Positions 12,461 through 24,610 of a stretch of 38,951 bases of DNA are shown here, in pieces. The position numbers and the translations under genes were made by a program. The first letter of the stretch is position 1. Each line of letters starts with the position of its first letter. A model generated the notes under the pieces. That model ran no database searches. It saw nothing but the letters and a program-made list of their open reading frames with translations, and was not told the origin of the DNA. This stretch comes from Octopus bimaculoides (Eukaryota): positions 37,702,271-37,741,221 of the forward strand of contig NC_068987.1 of NCBI RefSeq assembly GCF_001194135.2, given 5' to 3'.

Positions 12461-12684
12461 AATAAATAAACACTTAAGAGAATTTTTGTAGCAAACTCCG
12501 CTTCTTATGCAATAATCATACGAGCATGAAAAACATCCCCGATATTTGAAACCTCAGTTAGTAAATAAGTCTTCATTTCCTTCAGCCATGCTAAACGTTT
12601 TCTCCTGTGGACTGCATAGACAAACAAAATCTATCGGTGGACCAGATTGATATGCTTTTTGCATTTGGTGGTATCAGTATACAG

Positions 12685-12922
12685 CAGTGGTTCTCAACGG
12701 TTGGCCTGCGCTTCATAAATTTCTGAGTGGACCTGAGAAAAGTACTGGGTATGGTTTGTGCTTAAAATTTGTATAATAAAGTCAGGTTGATTATCAAAAA
12801 TCGCAACATTTCATTGATTGGAGGACATATTTTCAGCAAATATCTAAATCAATCAGCAAATAATGGCATAATTTCGTAGTTTGATCTATCTTACAGGAGC
12901 CAAAAGTGGTTGAGAACTACTG
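12685..12922. mobile_element. hAT-type MITE, 238 bp, nested in the larger hAT
   Basis: TIRs CAGTGGTTCTCAAC / GTTGAGAACTACTG (13/14); 8-bp TSD GTATACAG / ATATACAG. Confidence 0.88.
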
Positions 12923-12927
12923 ATATA

Positions 12928-13100
12928 CAGGGTGTCCCCAAAAAATAAACTCACACTTCAAATACCTTAAGTTCTAATCTGCTTTACAATGTGCTCAATT
13001 TTACAAGACAAACTCATAATGACCCCAAAACATAGCTATGAAAAAGGATCTTCATCCTCAGATACTACTGGTGCATGGAAACACGCACTGAAGATCAGTA
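12928..13100 (+). mobile_element. Tc1/mariner-like terminal fragment
   Basis: TA followed by CAGGGTGTCCCCAAAA, a typical Tc1/mariner end. No partner TIR found; right boundary uncertain. Confidence 0.45.
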
Positions 13101-14623
13101 ATAATTAACTGTTGGTCAGAATTCGGGGAACAAAATATATAAAGTATTTAAGTTCCGATATTATGATGATAAATGAAATGTTATCTTTTATATCGGATGT
13201 TATTTGATAAATAACTGGATTGCCTATTCTCTGATCAATCACAACTCTTAACCCATCGCATTTTTGGCCCTTGATGTCAATAAATTTAATTTGCGGAGTA
13301 AATATGACAATAAGGATAATAAGTAAACAACTAAAATGCATAAAGCATCAACGAAACACTTACCAATAAATGTGTGATCCGAAGAGTTTGTTGATATGAC
13401 GTGAATTTCTAGCGAATAATCTCTGACAGCAATGATCGGCGCAGTAGCTAAGCCAAACAATATAGAAGTGCGCGCTTAACATACGCACGAGATGTCTCGC
13501 GTATGTCTCGCGCGTACGTTACACATCCATGAGACACCTGAGCAAGCCTGAAATATCGTTGATCCATGCGGGGGTGCGTGCTCAACGAACAACCATAATT
13601 GTGGTCAATACGTACGTACTTGCGTGCCAATGCGCACGCACTGCGTGAACTTTGTTGTCTACGCTTCATGCAAAACTCCAGTGAGTTGACGGCTGAACAA
13701 TGAGTAAATTAACAAAAATGAGAAAAACACTTTTCATCGCAAAATTTTCCTGTGCACCCCAGATTTTCCTGTGCTCCCCGAGGGGTGCATATTCACTCCC
13801 GTTGAGAAGCCCTGCTTTAGGGGGTCATATAAGGGAGATTTAGTTGCTATTTCAAGATTTTCACTTCGTTAGCTTATCATATGAATGGCATTTTCTATTT
13901 TTCTTCGAGGCAAGAAAATGAATCGTCTCCTAAGCTACAAGGCCATGCGCTCCAGCATTAAACAGAACCTGTCTCTATACGCAAATTTATCGTAGGAATT
14001 GAACTCGACACTGCAATCTACTTCACTATTCATCAATTCCAAATCACAACAGCTGGAATAGCAGCTTGTTCTCCCCTCATAGAGCTAGATAAACTCTACT
14101 TTTATGCCTTAAATATCACAGACCAAACTCAATGCTCCTTTATTATTTACACTTTAAAAAACAGTCATAAAACTGATTGATAAACTTTCCAGTCAATAAC
14201 ACCTTATAACCAATAGCGGCATACTTGTTCACAGTCTCTTCTTCCTTTCACTTTCTCTCCCTACCACTATCATAACAATATACACTTCTTTCCTTCATTT
14301 CATCCTCTCTACTCTGTCTTCTTTTCCTTTCTTCTCTTCTTTTCTTTCTCTCATTATTCATACATCCACGCAACTCCACTCAAAAAATTAGGCTCATCCA
14401 AACTTTAAAGAGAATACTAACGGTTCTCTTTATCTTCACAACTTCTCTCAAAGCCTCCCAACCACGCCAATTTACATACTTATTATCAATCATATCGAAC
14501 TTATCATTGTAAAATACTTTGCAAAGGTCATGACCACTGCTAATCTTTCACAGAATATAAAGGTTGAAAAACAAAAATGAATAAAAAGTACGCTATCAAA
14601 ATATGGTTGTCCGTTAAGTAAAG

Positions 14624-15848
14624 ACTGCGTGGGATATTTGAAGGCAATTTAATTACTAGTATATTACTACCTTCAAATCAATTAAAAGGCTTTATTTCTT
14701 TCAGGTCCCCCATGGTGGATTTAATGCTAACCCAATAATGAAATGCATGCAATTATTGTTGCTATATGTGCGGAACAAAGTGGTTTAGAATTTGTCAACT
14801 TTTTTAAATGCTGTAAGATTTTTTTCTACACAAAGCTCGGACGGAAATGGATGCTTCTGACGAGAATGCTTCAACTGTATCAAAAAGGGAAAGCATTCTA
14901 AAAGTTTGGATGCTATAAGGACGTCACAGTTTAACTAATGGGTCCAAACATTATCGATGATGATCCAAGAAAATCAATAAGGTCCAATGCTAAAGAATTT
15001 CTGGTGTCAGAGTAAACTATAAGAACTTTGTTGCACGAATACAAGTCGTATATAGTAATTCATGCCAGCAAACACATTGGAAAAACGTGTGATCCATCCA
15101 AGCGGTTACTTGTCAACGTTTAAGAACCTCCACGAACATGGCATGCTTTGGTTCTTCACTAATGTGAAAAACTTCGAGAAAGACCAAAGTCTAACAAGAG
15201 AAATGAGAGATGGCTGTGTGCAAATCCTTCTGATATCCCTTATATGATACTCACTAAGTTTCCGGCTGCAGTATTGGCTTTAGGAAAGTTGACTAACGAA
15301 TGTCATGTCATGCACACCTTTCCACTGAATATTAGAATTAATGCAACTGGGGGGGGGGGGCTGTAATCGGTTAGGCCCTAGGTGAATGAAATACGCAGTG
15401 GAAGGCCATACGTGTTTCAACAAAAATCAGCACCCTCTCACAAACTCCACCAAACCCAGCAAAGGATGAACCAGGCAGTCTTTATAATCATATAACACCA
15501 AACTTGTGGCCTCCAAAATCATCATATTTATATCACATGGACTGCTAGCATGTTTGGAGCGTTGTTGAGAGAGACAATAATCGACATCCTCATAATACCA
15601 TAGCTTCACTGAAGTCCGCCATTGTCCAGGCGATGTCGGAAATAAATAAAGACGATAAAGTGTATACATTAACAGTTCCAGACTTGCATTGACGCAGACA
15701 TCGAAGATGAAGACAGTCATCTTATTAGAGAGCTTATAAAGAACATGTGTACCAATTTTTTTTTTTTGAAATACATTTTGTTTTTGCTAGATTAAGGTTA
15801 TTTTATTAAATTATCAAATATGTCCTCGCATACCTCTCACGCCCGGTA
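14624..15848 (+). mobile_element. Tc1/mariner element, probably DD37D/maT-like, with transposase pseudogene
   Basis: WFFTNVKNF, NKRNERWLC, TKFPAAVLALG, GRPYVFQQKSAPSHK, HITPNLWPPKS..L..MD, HPHNTIASLKSAIV. Right end ...CACGCCCGG|TA. Left end approximate. Confidence 0.85.
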
Positions 15849-16702
15849 TATTCAACCTCGCTTTAAAATGAATTTTGGTGTTCTGATCACCAGAAACGAA
15901 TATGAAGGTCTAGCCAACAAAATACTGCAATTTCTAATTGCTCTAACCACAATGTATATGGATCTACTTTAATTTTCTCGTTGAACTGTTTTTTAAAACC
16001 AGATGCACATCATTAATACACAAAGGGTACGGTATCTATGATGTGTGGGGTCTATCAAATCTTTCTACTCTTTAAACAATCTTGCAATTTCTTTGTGTTG
16101 CTTCTCAGATCGTCTGAATGTCAAATCAAACAATAGGCAAACTAACAAGTGGATCGTGGTTTTGACTGTCTTACAATTACAGATATAGGATTCCACATTT
16201 TAACGATATTTAACTGTGGTGTATCTGGTTAGACTAAATCCAAGACAGAGACAGCACATCTGCACTCACCCTGACATATTTCATCTTGATGCCATCTTTA
16301 TACCTAATTATGGAGCCTGAGTCGGCGTTCCACACATCTGTTCACAGACTCACGTCGTGATCTATGGGTCGGGAGAACACAAGAATTACAGCCAGTGGCA
16401 CTGGATATTGGCTGGTAGTCACTTTTGCAGAGCAGTACAGACATATTAGAAGCGAGGAAATATGGCATGTGGCTAGATCGCAGTTATGATCTTCCTGGTG
16501 AATTCAAAAGATCCCTGACATCCCAGAATTGTATCTGATCGACCTAATTCTAGGTGAAGAAGGGTAAGCGATGCGATTGATGATGGTGGTCAGAAAGACC
16601 AGCAGTTGCACATGTGACAGTAAGATAACACTTGAGAACGGAAGATGATAGCAGAAATAATAGGTCACAGTAACTACTGTTTTCAGTCAGCCGCTGTTCA
16701 GA

Positions 16703-16704
<2 letters not shown>

Positions 16705-16785
<81 letters not shown>
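16705..16785. repeat. (GT)n microsatellite
   Basis: Near-pure GT run. Confidence 0.98.
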
Positions 16786-16788
<3 letters not shown>

Positions 16789-18764
16789 CGCGTGTTGTGG
16801 TTATCTTTGCGTTGTACAACTAAGTGTTGATCCTTGCTGAAAAGACTATAGTGCGTGGCTGCAAGGATCTTGAACAGTGTGGATTGTCAACTCCAATACG
16901 AACGCTTTGGTATGTGGCAGTACAGGACGGGTGACTGAGCTATGAAATGCGTGACACTACCACCCACCTAAGGGCTTTCTACCCACAGCAGAAGGCTAAT
17001 AAAAACTCCCCCATCACTATTGCCAAGACCACAATCTGATAAACAAGCACAACACTGGCGTGCAACCACAGCAACAGCAGCAACTAGAATAGTAAAATCA
17101 GCAGTAACCACGAAGTCAGTGACAATAATACCAGCATCAGCAAGCAACCAAAGCAGAACCACAGCATAACAGCAAGCATGAACAGAATCATCCAACTTCA
17201 AACCATTACGAGTCATAATACCCCTTCGTCCAGATCACTCAAGTATGTCCTGCGATGACAGTAATAACGATGAAAAATGTATTTTTAAAACCTGTGCCCG
17301 AAAGAGAGGAGAGCAAAAGGAATACAACGAAACATACCTGCCATCACAAAAAATCTGAGCTATTTGAACGAAGAAGACACGAAGAGAGTACGCACCAACT
17401 CCACAACTCCCTGAGGACTACTACAAAAATATTAAGACTGCCAATACCACACAATAAATGCAAACATAACATAGTTTACACTCAAACCAACAACTAAAAG
17501 AACATGTGCAAAGAAATGTTATAACTACAGGGTCACAAACAAACAATTAATGAACCGTATACATCAAAACAAACAATACACACAACTGTAACATCACAGC
17601 AACAAATAATATACAAACAAATAAACAGCTCATAAAAACAATACAAGAAACTTACTACAAACAAAAAACAAGACATCCCAATAGAAGAGGAAATTTTCGA
17701 GGGACAATAAATAAAAGAATAATTATAAATCTTATAGTTAAATGGAAAGACTGAAAATATCTCCTTCCAGATGAAGTCGTCTTTCTTAGTTTCTCCCTTT
17801 CATTCACAACTATGCTCAGAACGAGCAGTGTGAATGCGTGTGGCCTGGGAGCAAGGCTACATGCTCGACGACAGCTCACTAGGCATAGTTGTGTTGGCTA
17901 TCAGTGACATCAGACTTTATTTCTGAGCAAGGAGTCTTCTCACAAGTCGTTGATGGCCACGAAAGGTATGTAGTTCAAAGGTGATAGAGATCAGATTCAA
18001 AATGTTTCAGAAAAGTCTAGACTAGCTCTCTGGACCCAATGGTAAGCCGCTGGCGCTGGAGAGGACAAGTAGCGAAAGCAATACCTTTATATTAGAAGCC
18101 GTCTACGGTCAAGTCAGGGTAAATAAGGTGTATGGGCATACACCGTTGTAGAGCATTGTACATTCACCATTCATTGTTATATTCTCGGGTCCATCCGTTC
18201 GACCTGTCAATCAGAGTTCCAGTCAGTCCCCATCTCCGTGAGATACCTCTTCCTCTGCCGTGATCATGTGGCATGTCGTCAACATGAGCAGTCAACTCAG
18301 CCGCATCTCCATTGAAGAGAAGACGATAAACAGGGTGTAATTAGGGAAATCGTGCAACATAGCGAAATACTCTGAACTGCCGCTCGCGTATCATACAAGT
18401 AGTAGGATGCATCCTAGTTTCTGAGTAGTCTTTGGTTGGCTATGAAATCCGGCCAACGGCAATTCATTGTTCTGCAAAGCGTCCTTGTACAAAAGGACTT
18501 CAGGCAGCTCGCAAGGGTGTCGGATAGTACCCAAGTCTCACAAGTATAAAGTTGGACAGGGAGGACCAGATACCTAAAGACCCGAATCCTTTTTCCTTCT
18601 GCACAGATATCGACAGTGACAAACATCCTTGTCCAATGATTCCACGACTGCACCAGTTCGTCCAAGTATTTTTAGAAGTTCAAACTCGCAGCAAATGCCG
18701 CAATGAATCTCACTGTGCAGAAAAGTGATGCAGCCAACAACTTCGACAGTCTCACTCACAAGTT

Positions 18765-18865
18765 CTCTAAGAAGCCAATGAAAGACTGGATCTTTGTCTT
18801 GATTCAAGAGACTCTAAGAAGCCAATGAAAGACTGAATCTTTGTCTTGATTCAAGAGACTCTAAG
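18765..18865. repeat. 47-bp tandem duplication inside the RTE RT region
   Basis: CTCTAAGAAGCCAATGAAAGACTG(G/A)ATCTTTGTCTTGATTCAAGAGA at 18765 and 18812, plus CTCTAAG at 18859. Confidence 0.95.
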
Positions 18866-20108
18866 GCCAAGTGGTTCCGCTTCCTCATTCAGTGAAAGGA
18901 GAGTGCTCCTTAGAACATCCGGACAGCAATAATAACTGCATTATCTGCAAAATTTAGGTCTGCAATCTTCGTTTCGCCAGTGAGTGTACCTCAACTCGCT
19001 CGAGCTTCTGTACGGCCAGGTATCCAAGGTACAACCCTGACAGACCCGCATCTAACTGAGAAAAGGTCAGATATTGAGCCCCCAATTCGAACTGCACCTA
19101 CTGTTCCGGTGTACAAGCCCCAATCAGCTTAGGAGATCTATCTCGCAACTCCAAAATCCTCAATAGTACATCTCAGTCCATGAGTCAAACACCTCGCAGA
19201 GGACGACATATACTGCAAGCAATCCTACTGAAAGCTTGACTTGCCTCCAATGAGTATACCAAGAGCAAGGATTCTTTTAATAGTTGATTTCTTTCCCTGA
19301 CCGTTCCGGCCACTGAGACACAATCAGATGATTTCGCACTCTGTTCAGGATGACCCTGGCAAAACCTTACCGTGTATTGAGAGGAGTGTAACAGCCCTAT
19401 AATTGCTGCAGTCGTGGAGATCGTCTTTACCTATCCAGAGTGGGATAATTATATTCCTCTTCCAGTCAGACGATATGATACCGCTACTCCAGATTGATTA
19501 AACGACCTGCCACAAGAACAAGACTTCAGCAGGCCCACAAACAATGGCTGCCTTCTGGTACTTCGGCTGATCTACCGCCATACGAACGTCGTCTTCGGAC
19601 AGCAGATCACAGCTGATTGACTAGTCGATCGCCAATGCCGAACAGGTATCCTGCTGTTCAGATCAGTACTAGGTGACTCCAGCTTACACAACTCTTCAAA
19701 TACGATGCCCAGAGATCCACCATCTTTGGCTCTGTTACAAGAGCGCCATCAGAATCTAGGGCTCCAGATTACCGAGGAGGAGGTTTCACTCCACTGAACA
19801 TAGTGATTACTCAGTAGGCAGTACGTGAGTCGGACATGTAAAGCCGACTGTCGACCTCCTCGCAGATTTCTTGGGCTTGATTTTCCTTGCTCTGATTACC
19901 AGGATGTTTTGCTCACGACCCTGCAGCTTCGCTCCACCAATGCGAGCTCCAAGGAAAGGAAACATTTCCAGGACCGACTTTGGAAACCAATACATTACCT
20001 AGCAGTCGACAGTAGGGTGTTCCTGTAAGTTTCTCACATTTCCATATGATCAGACGAGGAGTCAGCCCCAGGTAGCTCAGATCCAAGATGCTACAAGTAA
20101 GTCTTGCT

Positions 20109-20232
20109 TATAGATGTTTTCGATCTAGTTTGGATTCTTTGCCATCAAATTTGATTGCAAAGAATTCAAATTTGATGGCAACGAATTCAAATTTGATTGC
20201 AAAGAATCCAAACTAGATCGAAAACATCTATA
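20109..20232. mobile_element. Palindromic MITE with internal 21-bp repeats, inserted in the RTE
   Basis: Perfect 34-bp inverted repeat 20109-20142 / 20199-20232, including flanking TA; internal GAATTCAAATTTGAT(T/G)GCAA(A/C) units. Confidence 0.85.
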
Positions 20233-21371
20233 TATTGTTGTCTTTGCACTTGTTGACATCCAGAATGGGACTGGTTGCCTCCAGCCTCTTTAAACATCGA
20301 TCACATTCTCAACAGTCCGTGGTCGATGCCCAAGAAACTAGCACTCCAAAAAACCTTACAATTCTCTGGATATTTCTAGCGGCCAGCTACAAGTACGCAG
20401 TTGATCTCTTTTATCACACGGTCAGTATTAGAATACCAAGTCTAGTGATGCAGCTCAGGACGTTGGCACCAGGAACCAGCAATGCGCAGTCCATGGGTTT
20501 TGACAAAGTCCAGGTGCATCACGCTCCTTTCGTTCCTAGTACTGGATCCAAAAGGGTCAACAACGCTCTCATATCCCATTATGTCAACCCCGACCAACAA
20601 CGTGCACTTGTTGGGGATACTCTCCACTACAGAGCACAGCTGGACGTAGACTATATCTCTTGCCGACCTGTCACTCATTGCAGTCGGAACATACATAGGC
20701 AACCAAGAAAATGACAACCAGAAAATGCCGAATCTTCTGACACATGGTACGCTAGTTGATAGATGTTACATCTAATACCACTGGAACCAGCCAGTCGGCC
20801 ACTACAACTACTACCCCACCAGCATGCCAGAGTATCCAGTCCATTAATAGGTGTAGCCACCGATTGAGAGATCACCCCTCCCTGGCCGATGCACCTGCGA
20901 AACGGCTGCCATAGCAACTCTAAAACGGATGAGTTCCAAAGACAATTTAGGGGCAAACGGTAATCATCCTTCAGAAAGAGAACATTCCAGGCCCCTACTG
21001 GAATAGGCTTCCTCGAGTTGGATCGAAATTTCCCACACCTTTGCACAACTCAAGAGACAACCCTCAAATCCATCCTGTACTTCAGGATTTTCCCTGTTCG
21101 GCTGGTGGCGGTCGTGACGGCTTTGTCACAGTAGTTTCATACAACGTGCCTTGGTGAGTTTGTACAAGAGGTTGTTGCTGTTGAGGGTTTTGCGAGGCTG
21201 GAGTGTAGATCCTACCTCGACTTCTTTTAGTCTCCTTTTACAGCACACAAAGGAAATGTTGGGCCTATTCTTTAGAATGCCGGCCCCCACAGAGCATATC
21301 TAATAATATCGTAAGAATTTTGACATCAGATTTAATCTTGCTGTCTCACTTCATAATTCAAACTACACACT

Positions 21372-21662
21372 GATATCACATGATCACGTCACGTGATATC
21401 TGTGATCATGTGACCGACCAGGTTATCAAATGTTGTTACACATCGCTGGTTACAATGCACTTTGCATTGTTTCAGCCTTCAAATGACGTCACACCGCTGG
21501 CTAGGCGAGCAGGCTAACAATACCCTCTGATCGAAGGGGAACTGGAACAATGTGAAATGAAGTGTTTTACTCAAGAACAAAACGCGCCACCTAGTCAGGG
21601 AATCGAACCCACGATCTAACGATCGTGAATGCAACAGCTTAACCACTAGGTCACGTACCTTC
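21372..21662 (-). mobile_element. tRNA-derived SINE, family C
   Basis: A-box TGACCTAGTGG (21643-21653), B-box GGTTCGATTCC (21599-21609), then TTGAGTAAAACACTTCATTTCAC central domain. Confidence 0.8.
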
Positions 21663-22296
21663 GCACACATTCTGATATATTTGCTAAATATTCTTATTGT
21701 TTGGATCAGAGTATCTACGTCTTCTTCAGTTTTCGTATACAGTTTGAGGTCACCCCTATATGGCAGATGATTAATTTTTCAGCCTGGATTTGGCAAACTC
21801 ATTGGCACACTTCACTTTTCTTAGTATGCATGTTAACGGATTAATGCAATGACTAAAAGTAATGGAGAGTGCTAGTATCCTTGCAGATATTCACATTTCC
21901 TAATATTTCGTATCCATTTTTTAGTTCTACTCATTATGATTTCATTGCATTTTCTAAAATAAAAATACGCTAATCTTCTCATTGACCCCCGAGTATCCTC
22001 AGACACTCTCAGGGAAGTGTTGAACATTATCGTAGGCTTTTTTTGTAACCTATCCAGCCAACGTTAAGTTCTTTTTTATTCGTGCCTCACTTAATATCAT
22101 GTTCTGAATATACAGTGGATTAGCGGTTCCTCTTTATATCTTTTTGTATCCTCTCGTAATAGATTCTCCTCCATGTAACTGTACAATTCATAATTTCCCT
22201 AATGTTCATTCTCACAGATCAGCTTTTGGCAAAATTTCTTTTCATTTCTTTTAATGAGCATGTTCTGCTGGTATTAATTTTATTTTATTCTTTGTT

Positions 22297-22508
22297 AAGG
22301 CGACGAACTAGCAGAATGTTATGCACGCTGGACAAAATTCTAAACAGTATTTCGTCCTTCATTACATTCTGAGTCCAAATCCTGCCGATGTCGACTTTAC
22401 CTTTCATCCGGGTCGATGAATTAAGTAACCTTTTGAGCATTGGGATCGATATAATCAAATAACCCCCTCACCACAAAATTTCCGGCTTTGTGTCTATAGC
22501 AGAAAGGA
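22297..22508 (+). mobile_element. SINE family B, diverged copy
   Basis: AAGGCGACGAACTAGCAGAAT...GTCGACTTTACCTTTCATCC...GGCTTTGTGTCTATAGCAGAAAGG. Confidence 0.78.
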
Positions 22509-22639
22509 TTAATTTATTCTTTTTTCATATCTAGTTGCTTTACTTGATATTGCCTTAATTTTTTTTGCTATTTACCTCTTATTTGGGTACCTGTTTCTGT
22601 GTTTTTCTTTCGCTAAGGATAAATGCGTTATTGCATTTA

Positions 22640-23187
22640 TCCTTCTAAGGTTGCGTTGTTCAACTTCATCTCCAAGTCGAATATCATGTCGTCAGATAGC
22701 CGAGAGACTGGGCGTCTCAACTGAAAGAGCAGAAAACATTATGACAAAAGAACTTGGGCACTCAAAGTTTTTGCAAGGTGGGTCCCTCTCCTTTGGAATC
22801 CTGAACAGAAACGCACTAGGTGCACTTTGTCCACGAGTAATCTGGACCTGTTTGAAGCCGATGAAGAGAATTTTCTTGCTCGTTTCATTACTATGGACGA
22901 AAGTTGGGTTCATCACTACCAGCCTGAAACCAAAGAACAATCAAAGCAGTGGAAGCACACATCTTTTCCTACCCCAAAGAAGGCCAGGATCATTCCTTCA
23001 GCTGGCAAGGTCATGGTGTCAGCTTTTTTGGATTCTCAAGGTGTCTTGCTGATCGATTACCTTGAAAAGGGTCACACCGTGACAGGGCTGTATTATTCTC
23101 AGCTACTGAAATGCCTCCGAGATGCAATCAAAGAAAAAAGGCCGGAATGCTCACCAGAGGAATCCTTTTTCCTCACGACAATGCTCC
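22640..23187 (+). pseudogene. Mariner (DD34D, SETMAR/Hsmar-like) transposase fragment, cut by a gap
   Basis: RQIAERLGVS (HTH), RWVPLL, FLARFITMDESWVHHYQPETKEQSKQW, SAGKVMVSAF, LLIDYLEKG, then ILFPHDNA after a frameshift. Confidence 0.92.
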
Positions 23188-23624
23188 NNNNNNNNNNNNN
23201 NNNNNNNNNNNNNNNNNNNNNNNNNNNNNNNNNNNNNNNNNNNNNNNNNNNNNNNNNNNNNNNNNNNNNNNNNNNNNNNNNNNNNNNNNNNNNNNNNNNN
23301 NNNNNNNNNNNNNNNNNNNNNNNNNNNNNNNNNNNNNNNNNNNNNNNNNNNNNNNNNNNNNNNNNNNNNNNNNNNNNNNNNNNNNNNNNNNNNNNNNNNN
23401 NNNNNNNNNNNNNNNNNNNNNNNNNNNNNNNNNNNNNNNNNNNNNNNNNNNNNNNNNNNNNNNNNNNNNNNNNNNNNNNNNNNNNNNNNNNNNNNNNNNN
23501 NNNNNNNNNNNNNNNNNNNNNNNNNNNNNNNNNNNNNNNNNNNNNNNNNNNNNNNNNNNNNNNNNNNNNNNNNNNNNNNNNNNNNNNNNNNNNNNNNNNN
23601 NNATATATATATATATATATACAC

Positions 23625-23670
23625 ATATATACGACGGGATTCTTTCAGTTTCCGTTTACCAAATCCACTC
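23625..23670 (-). mobile_element. SINE family A fragment
   Basis: ACGACGGGATTCTTTCAGTTTCCGTTTACCAAATCCACTCA matches about 1270-1330 and sits next to the family's internal TA microsatellite. Confidence 0.75.
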
Positions 23671-24369
23671 ATGGAGCGGGACATGCATTATATTGAGCGT
23701 CAATGTATATGTATGGGAGTATATAGACTTGACTGTATTAGTGTTATCAAACGACAAGTTTATGCGTCTGCTGACCGCTATGTGATTGTTGTATATGTTT
23801 ATTTCAGAGTAAATGTTGATATAATTGCAGACAGCAGGTTACACGGGCGAACATGTGTGTATGTATATGCATATATGAATATATGTGTGTATGTGGGGGG
23901 GACATATATATGTATGTATGTATGTATGTATTCTACAATAATTACAATTCTATATATAAAATTGACGCGGTTCATATAGAATTACATTATACGAGATACT
24001 AAAAGACAAAGTTTATAAATATAATATTAATAGGGAATTTTAAATTTAGAAAGAACAGAAACATATCTGCCACAAGGTTTCTTAGGTTTCAGACGACCAC
24101 GCACAGCAAAACACTTGTTTGTTATAATGCATAGGAAATATGGCTTCAAAAATGATGTCGTCGACGACGATGGCAAAAGTAAAAGGGATAAAACCTACTA
24201 CTACTACTACTATAAAACCTACTAGTACATCAGCAGCAGTGACAATAGCTACAACAGCTGTGGTGATACAGTTTCTTAAGAGGTTAAAAGTCTTGAGAAT
24301 TGCTTTTAGTTTTGCGTTTAAGAAAAATGTTTCCTCGGAAGGGAGTTGTCCTCTGCATACTCACATATA

Positions 24370-24494
24370 TAAACATGTACATACATACATACATACATAC
24401 ATACATACACACACACATGCATGCATATATATATACATACATAAACACACACATATATATATATGCATGTGTGTGTATCACTTTCTCTCTCTCT

Positions 24495-24533
<39 letters not shown>

Positions 24534-24543
24534 NNNNNNNNNN

Positions 24544-24580
<37 letters not shown>

Positions 24581-24610
24581 ATATATATATATATACATAC
24601 ATGCATAAGC
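24370..24610. repeat. Compound microsatellite (ACAT, CA, TA, CT)
   Basis: Successive simple repeats around a 10-N gap. Confidence 0.95.

Larger units (their letters stand above)
10694..13814 (-). mobile_element. hAT DNA transposon, Charlie/Buster group, 3121 bp, degenerate
   Basis: 14-bp TIRs CAGCGCTTCTCAAC / GTTGAGAAGCCCTG (13/14 match); 8-bp TSD CTTTAGAG / CTTTAGGG; subterminal GTGCACCC motifs at both ends; internal transposase. Confidence 0.93.
18108..21220 (-). mobile_element. RTE-clade LINE, near full length, degenerate APE-RT
   Basis: APE: VGAWNVL (ORF 20675-21046), YVPTA and GLRIAGSW (ORF 20442-20717). RT: IADLNFADNAV (FADN at 18940-18951), LYTCETWVL, CMIRERQFR. Short TGAC(T) tail near 18108-18117. 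Single-ORF layout of about 3 kb. Confidence 0.9.

Noticed and set aside
16020-16330. Possible host exon or LINE C-terminal knuckle (ICNCKTVKTTIHLLVC, minus strand)
   Set aside because: In-frame stops nearby, no convincing splice context and no supporting domain.
20143-20224. CRISPR-like array
   Set aside because: The units are adjacent with no unique spacers, lie inside an inverted repeat, and there are no cas genes in this eukaryotic context.
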